Position numbers and translations under genes: made by a program
Part shown: positions 30,071 to 47,882 of the stretch, piece by piece
Numbering within the stretch: the stretch's first letter is position 1
How the letters are laid out: each line of letters starts with the position of its first letter
Notes under the pieces: generated by a model
Seen by the model: only the letters and a program-made list of their open reading frames with translations
What the model was told of the DNA's origin: nothing
Databases searched by the model: none
From: Utricularia gibba
Lineage: Eukaryota > Plantae > Magnoliophyta
Assembly (NCBI GenBank): GCA_002189035.1
Contig: NEEC01000017.1
Location: 2,418,001 to 2,482,000 of the forward strand
DNA: 64,000 nt
Direction: 5' to 3'

Positions 30071-30550
30071 TCCTTCCGGTTACACCAACTCCAAATCAAT
30101 TATCGGAAACCCTAGATATTCCCCACTCGTCCGTAGCAAACCAAACACAGCAGCAGTTTCAGCACGACGATAATCTTATCCCAGGTAAGAAAATTGGCAA
30201 GCGAAGAACCTGAACCCTTTATCCGTATTTTAACCATTATGCAATATCGGAGAAAACCATGCTTGTATAACAAAATCGGGTCATTTTTAGCTTGGAGTAC
30301 ATGTTCAGATTTCTGCTCCGACATAGAACGTCAGAAAAGACAACCTTCGAATTCAGATACTGAAGAATCTAAAAAAGCCGAGGAAAGAACGAGAATAGGA
30401 GAATAGTATTCATATTCCGAGGCATCCGTGGCGTTCGCTTGTGGTAGTTTATTTTCGCTCTGGATTCAAATTCCGGCGACGCGGCTGATGCGTCGATGCA
30501 TAGTGCCACCGGAGAATTGTAGTAGTCAAGAAAAAGTGGGAACGAGTTCG

Positions 30551-30670
30551 ATGGCGGTGCCATATCGCCATCCTGCGACGCTGGATGAGGCTCGCACTCT
30601 CTGGATCGGGCATTCGCCTTACTGGGTGGACGAGAACTATCTCCTTGGATGGTTCGCGCACACTGGGAAC
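30551..30670 (+). pseudogene. Isolated first-exon relic of an RBP47B'-type RRM gene
   Basis: HPATLDEARTLWIGHSPYWVDENYLLGWFAHTGN followed by a GTAAG donor resembles RBP47 RRM1 (RTLWIGDLQYWVDENYL). No further RRM exons were found before ALDH3F. Confidence 0.75.
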
Positions 30671-31229
30671 GTAAGATTCATGATTATGTTTTGGAAGCAT
30701 TGCTTCAAATCCATTATTCCACTCTACGAAAAGGCTTCTCTTTTGATATTTGAACTAGTACACCGTCAAGTTTATCCGGTGCTAGAGGTGAAGGATTGAA
30801 GGATCAGGGAAAACAAGTAGACTGGTATTTCTTTTTGGCCGATTTGAGTAATTCAGTTTCTGATACAGGTAGAAGGCGAGGATGACATGGCGTCCTTGTC
30901 GATTCTTGCTCCATCTTTGGGGGCCAAGATTTATGACCCATTAGGTACACCAGATGTTGAGAGGTATCACTTTTTTCCAACACTTTTTTTCTGCAACGTC
31001 TTCTTCTCTCTTTCGCTAAACTCAACCGTTTCAGGCCATTGTGGTTGACCACGTCGGTGCTACCAGAGCAAGCTATCCTCTTTGCTGGTCGGTAGAAGTA
31101 CCGAGGTAGCTTGAGGATGCCTACAATGCAAGTTTCGTTTTGGACTTCTCTGCTGCAATCTTTAGAAATTTATTTCAATTGCATCATGTAAACGTTTTAG
31201 TGAATCACTTCCCGGAAATAAGCATGTCC

Positions 31230-33382
<2,153 letters not shown>

Positions 33383-34157
33383 GGCTTTCCTTTTCTTCCG
33401 CCACCAGAGGTCCCTATCTATGAAGCGAGCAAGAGGGTATCTGATGAAGAAGGAGCAGAAGCATAAATACTAGTGAGAGGGGGATTGGGAAGGGTCTGTG
33501 TTTGACATGTACGTTGATCTGCCGCTCACAACTCAGCCCCATCCATCAACAACTTGCCAGCCTCCTTTTGCATCCTGACTCTTTCAGCCCACAGTGACAA
33601 CAGCCCGAGGGGAAACTGAGTCAACCCACCCCATTCCAAAACGCAATGATTTTGTTGATAGGAGACTTGGTATTAGGATCCCTGGATTAGCTAGCTCCGT
33701 GGTACCTCCTCTGAAACTCATTTCACCCGCAGCAGCCCTCTGTGCTGGATGAACGGAGGCGACGTGTACCATCATCCATGGATCCCCCAACCAGAAACCA
33801 CCACGCTAACTGCTCAAGTTGGCGCTTTCTCCATTTATTGCCCCTGCCGTTTGGGATCCCCTGCATCATCATCATCATCATCATCAATCCGGGGTAGTTG
33901 CATGTCATTATTAGTTCATGTTAAATTCATGGCGTCATGCATTCATCACTAGATCAGCTTGCGGTGTTCATTTACGCTTTGCGAAACCCACAGGCGAAGA
34001 GACTGGCCTGGACAGATGACCCGACGCCGGCGTTGAACAGCCCGGCCCCACCCAACAGCCTTTATTTCAATTTTTAAATCCAATTTCCAAGCGAAAAAAG
34101 GGCTGTCAGGCAAATCATGTTGCGACACGTGGTGTTGCATTGATTTTGGACAGTAAT

Positions 34158-34351
34158 GTTTTTTTAAAAAAACATATGGGTAAGATGTCCCAGTCCCATA
34201 ATGCGATTTTAATAAAACTGAAAATAATAATAATTCATGTGTATTTAGAATTGGTTTTTTAAAAAAACATATGGGTAAGATGTCCCTGTCCTTAATTCAT
34301 ATGGGTATTTTAAAAAATGTGATTTTAATGTGTGTATTTGGAATTGGTTTA
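34158..34351. repeat. Degenerate ~95-bp tandem duplication in AT-rich spacer
   Basis: TTTTTAAAAAAACATATGGGTAAGATGTCCC(A/T)GTCC at about 34158 and 34254; TGTGTATTT(A/G)GAATTGGTTT at about 34238 and 34332. Confidence 0.7.
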
Positions 34352-35372
34352 AAATTAGTATTTATTTTCAAAAAAATAATATTATTAAAATTACTTATTA
34401 AAAATGAATATAACTGATAACTTTATTGTTTATATTCTATTCTTAAAGATCAATTTTAATAGAGAAACTATATTTTTATTACTTTGTTTCAATTAAACTT
34501 ATTTTCAAAAAATAATTCTCGTAAATATAATTTAATACATATTGGAAAGGCATAAATAAGTATACGTAGAATAGAATTAATTTTAGTAAAATGTAAGCAG
34601 TTTGCACCCTTGGTATACTCAATTCCCATTCTTCGATTCTTGAATATAAAAATGCAAATAGCCTGAAAGAATGGGAAGGGCCCGTTTGGAGAGACTCTGA
34701 ACTTTTGGGCCCGGGCCCTGATACGGCCCAAAAACTCCCTACTGGGCATCGGATATACCGTACACTGTACAGTGGTGGATGGGATGGGAGGGGTGAAATT
34801 GGTATTTCACTATGTTTATGAATAATGTGGCAGCTCGGAAAGCATGGAGCCGCTGGAACGAGGGGTTTGGAATCTCGTGAGACGAAGAAGAAAATCACTG
34901 TAGGACTCCCACTCTCGCTGTCGTCGACAGATCTCGTCTGCACCCATCATATCTTACTGCTTTTGCAATCGGCATTTCAGTTCTTTTTCGTTCTTAACGC
35001 CTCTTTGCTCCCTCGCTCTCTCTAATTCCCTGCACCAACGCCGGAACAATTGGTAAAGACGGCTGCAGGTACTTCTGAAATTGGTTTCCTGCATTTGACT
35101 GTTTTTCGGCTTTTCCCTGATTGATCTCTTCAATAGGTGTAATTTACTTTTTTTTTACTGTTCGTGGGTGGACCATTTTTTTCTGTACTTTTTGGAGTTT
35201 GTGGCGTTTCATCGAGTAATGTCGAGTTCTTCCGGCCCGTACAATTTTTCATTGTGTTGTCGAAGGGTTATCTGAAAACCGGGGGTTTTGTATGTGCGTA
35301 CATTTTGAAGCGTTTTTTTTTTCTTTATTTTAGATTGTTGCTCTACAGAGAACGAGATTGGGGTGGTGAATC

Positions 35373-37696
<2,324 letters not shown>

Positions 37697-39154
37697 CTCC
37701 CCCCCAGAGAGGAGTGGTTGGATCAAACCATTCTCCTGTGGCGGCCCAATTCTTCTCATTGTGTGCCTGAGAGTGTAAAGGTTTGAGCTGTGGCTCCACG
37801 GAATGGCTTTCGTCTGATGCTCCTGTTGAACGGGTCAAACCAATCTAATCAAATCCATTAACATAATAACAGGAAGGTGGGAACTGCTTCCATATTCTTT
37901 TCGCATTTTCTGAATATGGTGCTAGCTTTTTTTTTTTCCTTATTTTGATTGGATCAGCATCAGTGTTCCTTCTTAAGAGGGTGCTCTCTGTTTTCATGGC
38001 TAGGTGTTTGTAACTAGCATGGCGCTTTTGCTTCATGCATTCCAAACGATTATGTAAATGCGTTGTTATCTATTGGCCTTGAACTCACGTTGGCAGTAAT
38101 TGCTAGTGATTTTTACTTTTTGTTCTATTGTTACTACATTATTTTGAGAGATGTCCTTTTGTGGCCTCGTATGATTACCATACACATGCGTCAGTTGTCG
38201 CTCCCTGTTTTTGTTTTCATTTAACCGGTTCATGAAATTGGATACTAAAGTTTGAATGTCAAAAGGCGATTTTGTTGAGGACTGCAGTTCAAGGCTCCCA
38301 TCCATTTCATACAAGTGCTTATCATTGAGTGGTCCTATACATTCTTTGGATTGTAAGGGGAGGGAGGAGCGTATTCTGGAGTTTACCCACGACAGCTTTT
38401 TGTTTTCACCGTCAACCGTCCCCATATCTCTTCCTTCCAGTTGTTGAAAACACACAGCACAGCACAGCACAGCACAGCACAGCACACAGACGCAGAGCAG
38501 CAGATGCAGAAGTAGACGCAGGCGCAGGCTGAGGGAGGGAGGGGGGAGGGGTTACAATTTCATTCTCGATTTGAAAAATGGGGATAGGAATCAGCATCAG
38601 AAGCATTCATTAGCATTCAGACAAACATCCCCCCCTCCCCACATCGATCCCCCTCCTTTTGCTTGCTGTTATTCTCAACTTGTCCTCCCCACAGTAATCA
38701 TTGACCTTACTTGTGTGTTCACCCCTAGTGACCTTGAGTAGTCCCTTTTGCACCATAATGCATCTTTTAAAGTGTGCAAAATGACTCTTTGCAATGGTTG
38801 TCACTTGCCCAAGGTGAAACAGTGAAAATCTTTTTTCATTACATGTGTTCCCTCTCCGGGATCTTGTTTTTTAAAAGTATGATGTAAGATGATGCAATAG
38901 GGTTGCAGGTGACGAGTATGGCCACTACACCAAAAGGGCCCTTTTCCCCTCTAGGTTTACATGTATATATGAAAGTGTACAGTTCTCTACCTTTGATGCA
39001 AAAACCATACGACTTGGTGACTGGAGGAGTTTGAAATGGGAGAGCAAGTACATGCATCACAGTTCTCTCTGTCTCTTAACTAGCCCCGAGTGACTAAAGG
39101 CCTCTGTAGCTCTCCCTCCTACACAATTCTGGCGTTGGATTCAAATACTTGGGT

Positions 39155-40527
39155 ATGAGCAGTAGGAGCCCGGCAAAACTCAGGTGGCGGCCGCCTCCTC
39201 CGCCCCTGCCGCCGAGCCCCAAGATACTACACTTCCCAATTGGACGGCGAGCTCGTAGGGCCAAGCGCCTGGTCCGCCACCCTCAGAGAAAGTATCCCAA
39301 ATGTCTACAGTTCTCCTTCGGAAAGAGGGAGTCATTGGGAACGTCTAGTGATGAAAATATCAGCGATAAGGAGAGAGGGGAGACGGCTGCTGTGGAGGAT
39401 GTCGAGAGGTGGAGGTTTCACGGGAGGCTGATGAGGACAGAGTGTAATTTTTTTACTATGGAGAGGCACTTCGCCTTGAAGAGATTGGAGAAGAATGGAG
39501 TCAAGTTTGAAAGAACTCTCAGATCAACTGTTGAGACCGTTTTCAATGTGAGCTTTCTTCTTCTTCTTCTTCTTCTTCTTCTTCTTCTTCTTCTTCTTCT
39601 TCTTCTTCTTCCTGTCTTTCTGTTTCTGCTGTTGCCAGTTTCAAGTTTTCTTTTTGTGGCAATGCAACAGAGTAGGCTTGAGAAGCTGGGCGAGCTAAGC
39701 TACCTACAGCAGCTACAGGAATCAAGATTGTACAAACCAAAGGCCAGGTTCTCTGATGTAAGATCTGTTCTTACAAAAAAGAATGGGCGGCAGAAAATAG
39801 AGGAATTTTCAAAGAGAATTGAAGCTACAGAATGCTCCTCAGACAGGCCACTGTTTCAGGCAAGATTCATTACTCTTTCTAGTCTCTATTAAGCTCTGCA
39901 GTTGGAAACATTGAACTCTTTTCTTTCTACAGGAGAACATGTGTTCTGGGCATTGCAGGGCCCTGGTTCAACGCATCGTTGAGCAGGTGAGAGCTGAGAC
40001 AGAGCAGTGGACACAAATGCAGAACATTGTAGCCAAAGTGAAGAGGGAGATTGAGCAGCTGCAGCATTCTCATGACTACTGGGAAACCAGAGCTAATGCT
40101 TCTGGCAAAGAAGTTCATTTCCTTAGGCTAGCAGTAAGACAACTGAGATCCCCTTCTCCTTGTGTTGTTACCACCATCTTCTTCTTTGCACGAAAATCGA
40201 AGAGAATTTGATGCTTCTTGTCAGGTGGATCAATGGAGAGAAAAAGCTGTCTGTCATGAAAACAAGGTGAAAAGACTGGAGTATGAACTCCAATTACTCA
40301 AGGAAAAGCTGCTCACAGCTCCAGGTGTTGAAACTAAGCAGCAGCAGCAGCAGCAGCATAAGGTGAAGAGGAATGCAACTGAAAAGCTGAAAAGGCACAA
40401 AGAAAACCATGAAGCACTCAGGGGCACTAACCAGAAGGCCGGAGCTTCTGTGCGTGAAACAGGCATGCAGATTGCACCAACAAGAATGGTTTTCAGGGAC
40501 ATCGGAAATCTAAAAGCACTTCGCTGA
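39155..40527 (+). CDS. Plant coiled-coil protein of unknown function
   Basis: Four exons splice in frame (39155-39547, then from about 39671, 39932 and 40225). Motif CSGHCRALVQRIVEQVRAETEQWTQMQ. Intron 2 donor is GCAAG. Confidence 0.7.
39555..39611. repeat. (CTT)n microsatellite in intron
   Basis: About 19 near-perfect CTT units just after the GTGAG donor. Confidence 0.95.
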
Positions 40528-40943
40528 TGCTGTGTACGGACGGTAGTTAGTTCTTCATTTCAATATATTATTTGGATCGTATTTAGGTTTTGCTGCTTCA
40601 AATGTTTTTTTGTTAATTATTTTTATAGATAATATTTATTTTAGCAATTACGAAAATGAGCACACTGATTGACCCAGTAATAAAAAAAGGCGGATATTAC
40701 AATTAAAACTATATTTGAAATTACGAATTTAATATTGGAAAAAATGGGCGCTCGACGATTTGAAAACAGCGGTGGTGGATGGAGGATGCCGGCGGTTGAT
40801 GGTTCCGGCAGTAAAATTCTGGCATTTTCTGCAAGATTCACTGCTCTTTTCATATGCTGTTTCGTGAAGATTGAAAATTTTACAGCGATGACAAAATAAC
40901 AGTGTCCTGGAAAGTTCAAATGCCGCTGGTGAGGTGAAAATTG

Positions 40944-43863
40944 TCAGTGCACTGGAGAATTCAGACCCTCTTGAGAGGCCAAAGTATGCGTAGGCTGATA
41001 TCTCTTTGAAGGAAAAGGTTGTGGCCTACTAAGAAATGAAGGCCTCTTCTTGAGCTGACGAATGGTTTTCCTCGCATAACAACAACGATAGATTGGCATG
41101 ACGCTCTCCCTGAACTTCATGGCGGCCAGGAATAGTAATCGGGATGCCACTAGCAGTGCTGCAATCGCTGCCAAATCCCACCATTTTGAATGTGTCATGG
41201 GAATTTTCAGCCAATACCTGAGTACGTTTTTGCCTGGTATTTTGGGGTGGCCCTGTTGCAATGACTCAAACTCTACCCCCGTCAATTCGTTCTTCAAAGC
41301 ACCCTGGAGACAGTTTCAAAGAAGATAGTGTCAATTAACCTTGCCAGATGCCATTCCCATGGCAGAGTTGAGCACTCTCCCTCCTGTTATCATCTATTCA
41401 AGAAAAGGTATTCACTTGCACCTGTAATGCCCATGCCACATAATTGATGTAGTAAACTGGATATTTCCAGGGTACCGGAGGAAGATCCTGAAAGTGCCGG
41501 AAATAACCACATGTGATGAGCATGAGAGCCTGCATTGAGATGGAAACATCAGGTAATACAATTCCTTCCTAATGCTTATTCATTTTGCAGAGTGTACAAA
41601 GACTTGCCGCAAAACCAGATCCAAGGAGAACGCAAATCAAGAAGTTGGGAATTAACGCAGCAATGAGCAACGTGCAGCTCTCCATGAAGGCTACGGAGAG
41701 AAAGAAGTCGAGGGTGAAGAAGGCAAAGTGCGAGAACCCAGAGTGATACTTCATCATGTGATAAGTGATGGCTGACGAAATACATGAAATTGCCACCAGG
41801 AATGGGAGTGAAGAGATTGAGTTTGATAGGATATAGACCCCAACTCCATAGTGCCTGTTGAGCCTCTCTTTACTGAATACCTGGTTTTTAAGAATGAGTT
41901 AGTACCTACTGGTTGCATCAAGTTTGTTCAGTGTTTCAGATTACCTTCACTTCTTCTATGAGTGAGGGGAAGCCTCCGATGACCAAGACCGTCATGAAAC
42001 CAAATATAAAAGCGCCCGCTGATCCTCTATCACGGACTGACGCAATGCTGTAATTTTGCCCAATGCTGTAGAAGATGGTACCTGCGATTATGGATAGCGC
42101 TATATAGAGCAAAATCCGCACCCAGTAATACGCAATGTCCCTGTTCATGTTGATGAAAGATCGCCTGGTCAAGGTCTTAAGTTGTGTGAACCAGGCTGCT
42201 TGACTGGCTCTAAGCTCCTCATGGACTGGCCCTTCCTGACAAGGAGAGAAAACAAGGTGCGTCCATAGACTTGGGAGACATATTATCACAGTTTGTGTGT
42301 CTTGCCCTTTACATAAAAGAAATGCGGAAAATGCTCACACAAGTTGACAATTCTAGTACTCTTGCTTTCACTTGTGCATATTTTGAGCTTTGGTACTTGT
42401 GAATTAGCCTTGCTAATATCTCTGTCGTTGCTGGTAGATCCATTGCTGATCCATGGCTAGTAGATGCTTTTTCTGTGAAGCCTTTCTCATCCTGCTGATA
42501 GGAAGAGAAGGGGATTTGTTTCTGTAATTTGCAGTTTTCACCACAAGTAATGGCTTACTTTTACTCCTAAACCCCGGGTTAATGCTCTTCTCACACTGTC
42601 GAAGTCTGAATTTGTGCAGACTAGAAAATGATCTGAAGGATTCCTTCTAGTTGGACATGGGAAGCCCGCCTCGGCAAAGAACTGAGAATGCAAGAACACG
42701 TATCATAGTTAAGCCAATGTAAGGTACATTTTCTACGTAGTTTACCTCTGTGGCCTTCTCAGCTTCCCCAAAGTAAATAGTTTGTCCACTCGACAGGAGC
42801 ATCAGATCGTGGAACAGTGCGAACACTTGACTGCTGGGCTGGTGAATGGACGAGACGATCGTTTTGCCGCTCAGGGCCAGGCTTCTCAGAGTCTGGACGA
42901 CGAAGAAGCTAGCCGCGCTGTCGAGACCTGATGTGGGCTCATCAAGAAGCAGGAGACTGGGCTGTGTTATGATCTCCAACCCGATGCTGAGCCTCCTCTT
43001 CTCCCCTCCGCTTATCCCCCTTCGGTTGCAGGTTCCAACGACTGTATCAGCACAGTCCTGCAGTCCCATTTCCGATATAGCCGTCTCCACCGCGTCCTTG
43101 AGCTCATCCGGTGTGGTGCCCCTCGGAAACCGGAGCTCCGCCGAGTAGGCAAGGGTCTCTCGGACGGTGAGGGTCCCCAAGAAGGCACACTCTTGAGTAA
43201 CATACGCCGCCTGTTGATCACAAATCAACCCACCATGAAATGAGAGAGAGTCCAGCAGCAGCTGCTGCTGCCTAAACTCAAGTAACTTACGCTGATGCTG
43301 TCACTGGGTTTCCTGCGCCTCCCATTCACAAAAACGCTTCCCGACATCACCAGTTTTGCCGGCAACCTCCCTACGGAGTATAAACAATAAAAAAAAAAAA
43401 TCACTCCTACAATACATTTTTAAAAAACTACTGGAAATGCTGAATCTATTTATTACTTAATTTTTTTTAAGGGAAGGGAGAGTTATCAAGTAAGAGATAT
43501 ACTTTAATATTTGTTTACAATAATAATTTAAAATTTTCAAGATGTGGATGGCTGGGTTTAAGGTGGCAAGAAGCTGAAGAAAAAGCAGATCCAGGATACA
43601 CAGAGCTTCCCAACGCCCATGTGATAATGCATGGAAACACGGGGACGGTGGACCTGCCAAGCTATCCAGGAAGGTGGACTTTCCCGAGCCGGAAGGGCCC
43701 ATAACCGCCATGATCCTCCCCCGGAGAGCGTATCCGGTGAGCCCCTGGATGAGCCGTCTCCTGGGATTGGGCACCACCACCGTCAAGTCCTCCCAGACCA
43801 AGTCTGCAACTCCACATGGGGGCGGGGAAGGGGAGGGGGAGGGAGAGAGGCCTCTCTCTCCAT
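40944..43863 (-). CDS. ABCG half-transporter, derived copy 1 (ABCG12/15 clade)
   Basis: Nine exons. [31 protein letters not shown] and a TMD. Needs +1 nt in the G/C runs at about 43821-43850. Confidence 0.9.
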
Positions 43864-44807
43864 TCGTGGAGGCGATGAGAGTAGACGGGAAAATGGAGGA
43901 TTATATGCTTGTTTGAGTCGGAGAGAGTGGTGCCTGGATATTACATGGTTTCTGAATGTGAATCGTGGACATATCAGAGTCTCTGTTAGGGTCTAAATCT
44001 CGCCAGTGAAGGAAGGAGATGTATCTTAAATGGAAAGGCAAGAACCACAACTTAGGAAACCACACGGCTGCATCTTTTGTCCTTGTGTATGCAAGTACTT
44101 GTCACCCGGAAAAATGGCTACTGTCTTCTTCACTAAGTCGCTTCTTTTTGTTCCTTTTTAGCCTTTCGGAAGTCTGGATGGCGGGGCACACGCGGCTCCT
44201 CAAATGCACTGAAAAATGAATCCAAGAAGACGACAAAAAAGGTTCCTTTTCCGAAATAAAACCCATCATTTGTCTGCTTCACTGCTCATGTCCTCATCTG
44301 GTATGAAACTGCCCAATTATTAATTGTCTCTATTTCTTTTCAAGTCCCTACAGTTTCACTCTTCTACACTTTCGCCCCAGTTTTCCAAAATCTAAAAATA
44401 AACCAAATTCCCCGGGGGAAAAGTGAAAAATAAAAAATTTGAATGGTGTGGGCGGCAGATGGCGGCGATCGATCGATCATTCCCGGGCGGAGGTCGGTTG
44501 TAGAGAATCGCGATCCTGGTCTTGCTTATTGGATTTGCTTGCAGATTGCTCTCTGTCGTGGCGATTTTAAATGCCATAGAGTTCACGCACTGTTTACTCC
44601 ACATAATCGGGGGCGTCCTGGTTCAGTTTCCTCCACGAATCGAGTGGTATACTCTCTCACAGTCTGTTGGTCGATTTTGTTTTTTGCAAAAGGTGGCTGT
44701 TTTCCAGTACACTGAATTGAAATTTTTCATTGAGAATTATAGCCCAATAATAGGCGTAACAGTATGCTGGGATTCAGTTGAGATGCTGCTGATTTGCTGA
44801 AGATTTA

Positions 44808-47732
44808 TCAGTGTAATGGAGAATTTAGGCCCTCTTGCGAAGCCAGAGTATGCAGAGGTTGATGTCTCTTTGAGGGAAAGGGTTGTGGTATACTTCGGAA
44901 CGAAGGCCTCTTCTTGAGCTGCCGCATGGTCTTCCTCGCATAACAACTTCGGTAGATTGGCAGGACAATCTCCTTGAACTTCATGCAGAAGAAGAATAGC
45001 AACCGGGAAGCTAATAGAAGTGCTACAATCACCACCAAATCCCACCATTTTGAACGCCTCGTCGGGATTTTTAGCCAATACCTGAGTACCCTTTCACCTG
45101 ATATTTTGGGTTGGCCCTGTCGCAATGGTTCAAGCTCTACTCCCACCAATTCGTTTTTGAAAGCACCCTGGGCAGTTTCAAAGAAAACGGATTCACAGTT
45201 AACTTCGCCACTCCCATGGAAGAGTTGAATCCTATCTGTCATGTTTTACCTTGATCTATCCTACTAAAGTTATGCTGTTACAGAAAATGTTAGCAGGCAG
45301 TTTTCATCTATTCTGCAAGGGAATTGAATTGCACCTGCAATGCCCACGTCATGTAGTTGCTGTAGTATACTGGATATTTCCAGAGTACAGAAGGAAGATC
45401 CGGATACCGACGGAAATAACCGGATGTAGCAATCATAAGCGCCTGCATCATCATTGCAGTTCAGATTATGCAACTACCATTGCTATATATATAGATTGGA
45501 AGAGTATTCGGAGACTTGCCACAAAACCAGCCCCTAGAAGGACGCAAGTCAAGAAATTAGGAATGAATGCAGCAATGACCAACATGAAGCTCTCTATGAA
45601 AGCTAGGCAGAGAAAGAAGTCGAGGGCGAAGTAGGCGAAGTGGGAAAAGCCGGAATGATACTTTATCATGTAGTAAAGGATAGGTGTTGAAGTGCATGAA
45701 ATTGCAACCAAGAATGGGAGTGAAGAGATGAAACTTGATAGGATGTAAACGACAACACCGTAGTGCCTGTTGAGTCTCTCTGTAGTGAATACCTGTTTTT
45801 TAAGAATGAGCAGTGAAAGTTAGTTACTGGGGAGATCTCAAGTTGGAGTATTGTTCTAGATTGACCTTCATCTCCTCTATGACTGATGGGACGCCTCCAA
45901 TGACCAATACCATCATAAAACCAAATATAAAGGCTCCAGCTCCTCCTCTATCCTGGACTGAAGTAATGATGTAATTTTGGCCTGTGTTGTAGAAGACCGT
46001 ACCTGCGCTGACGGATACTGCTATGTACAGTAGTATCCGTACCCAATAGTAGGCAATGTCCCTATTCATGTTGATGAAGGATCGTTTTGTCAAGGTCTTA
46101 AGCTGTCTCAACCATGCTGCTTGCGTCGATCCTAGCTCCTCAAATACTGGGCCTTCCTGCGAAAGAGAAGGAAACAAAATACTTCTACCAATGTCCTTCA
46201 GAGACATACTTGAATATTGAAAAATCTTACAGAGGCTGACAATTCTTGTGCTCTTGCTTTTACTTGAAGTGCGTAGGTTGGGCTTTGGAAATTCTGAATT
46301 AGCCTTCTTCTTATTTCTGATGTTGCTGGTAGCTCCATTGATGATGCATTGCTGGTAGTTGCTTTTTCTGTGAAATCTTTCACACCCTGCTCATTGGAGG
46401 AGACGTATTCCACAGAGTGGGAATGTGATTAGATGTTCAAGGATTAGCAGTTATCATGATCTAGACAGTGGGGAAATAGAGAACCATCGCCAGGAATCAC
46501 CTACCTCTGGTCTGAAACTCCTTGTTAATGCTTTTCTCACTGCATCAAACTCTGAGTTGGTGCAGACAAGAAAATGGTCCGAAGGATTCCTTCTAGTTGG
46601 ACATGGGAAGCCCACCTCAGCAAAGAACTGCGAACGCAACAGCCAGTGTCATAGTTAAGACAGATGCGTGGTCATATTTTCCCTGCAATGTATGTACCTC
46701 TAAAGCTTTCTCAGCTTCCCCAAAGTAAACAGTTTCTCCATTAGACAGGAGTAGCAGATCATGGAGGAGGGCGAACACTTCGCTGCTGGGCTGATTAATG
46801 GATAAGATGATAGTTCTGCCGCTCAATGCAAGCCTTCTCAGAGTATGGACGACAAAGAAACTAGCAGCACTATCGAGACCAGATGTCGGCTCATCAAGGA
46901 ACAAGAGACTGGGCTGTGTTATGATCTCCAAACCGATGCTCAGCCTCCTCTTCTCCCCTCCGCTTATCCCCCTCCGAAGCCAGTTTCCGACGACTGTATC
47001 AGCACAATCCTGCAGTCCCATCTCCAATATCGTCGCCTCCACCGCGCTGTTGAGCTCCTCCCTCGTGGTGCCATTTGGAAAGCGAAGCATTGCCGAGAAC
47101 GCGATCGTCTCCCGGACGGTGAGGGTGCCTAAGAAAGCATATTCTTGAGTAGCATACGCCTGTTGAAGCTTCAATCAGTCCTCCATGAAACTGGGATAGG
47201 TGGCTGCCGGATCTCAAGAGACTTACCCCGATCCTGTCATGGAGTTTTTTTTTTCTCCCGTTGAAGAAAAGGTTTCCTGACACGACCACGTTCGCTGGCA
47301 GCCTCCCTGCAGGTGCAAATTCATGCAGGTCTCCGCATCGTTAACGCTTTGTTCTTTTTCTCGTAGAATATAACGTCAAAAACATGTAATAAATTCGTGG
47401 ATATTTACTATAGGCGTACGAAACTGGGTTTCTTTTTAACGAAAGTAGAAATAGAAGATGACTCAATCCTCACTGCTACGTGGACGGCGGCGCACCTGCC
47501 AAGGCGTCCAGGAAGATGGACTTTCCGGCTCCGGAAGGGCCCATGGCGGCCATGATCCTCCCTGGGAGAGCATATCCGGTGAGGCCGTTGACGAGCCGTT
47601 TCGTGGGACCGGCACCGGTGTTGGGCAGCGCCACCATCAAATCCTCCCAAACCAACCCCACGCCTCCGTGGACACCCCCAGTGTTGTCGGCAGCCGCCGC
47701 AGGAGGCGGAGGCAACGAGACCTGTAGCTCCA
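44808..47732 (-). CDS. ABCG half-transporter, derived copy 2 (H-loop His to Asn)
   Basis: Nine exons, open reading frame throughout. [31 protein letters not shown]. Confidence 0.92.
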
Positions 47733-47882
47733 TTTGTGGTGGAGACGAGACGGAGTGGGGAGCCAAAGAGAGTTTAGGAAATACACGCTATATATCATCC
47801 AACTCAAGTTCAGCTACTTGTCTCGAAAGTGAGTCATCCAATCAAGCCTACCTGGATGGGGGCGGCTATTAGTTGTACACGG

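Noticed and set aside
33580-33950. Possible miRNA precursor upstream of ALDH3F
   Set aside because: I saw no match to conserved plant miRNA families I recall and no clear long hairpin by eye. A folding run and small-RNA data would be needed.
39543-39740. Poly-Glu and poly-Leu ORFs
   Set aside because: These are translations of the intronic (CTT)n microsatellite.
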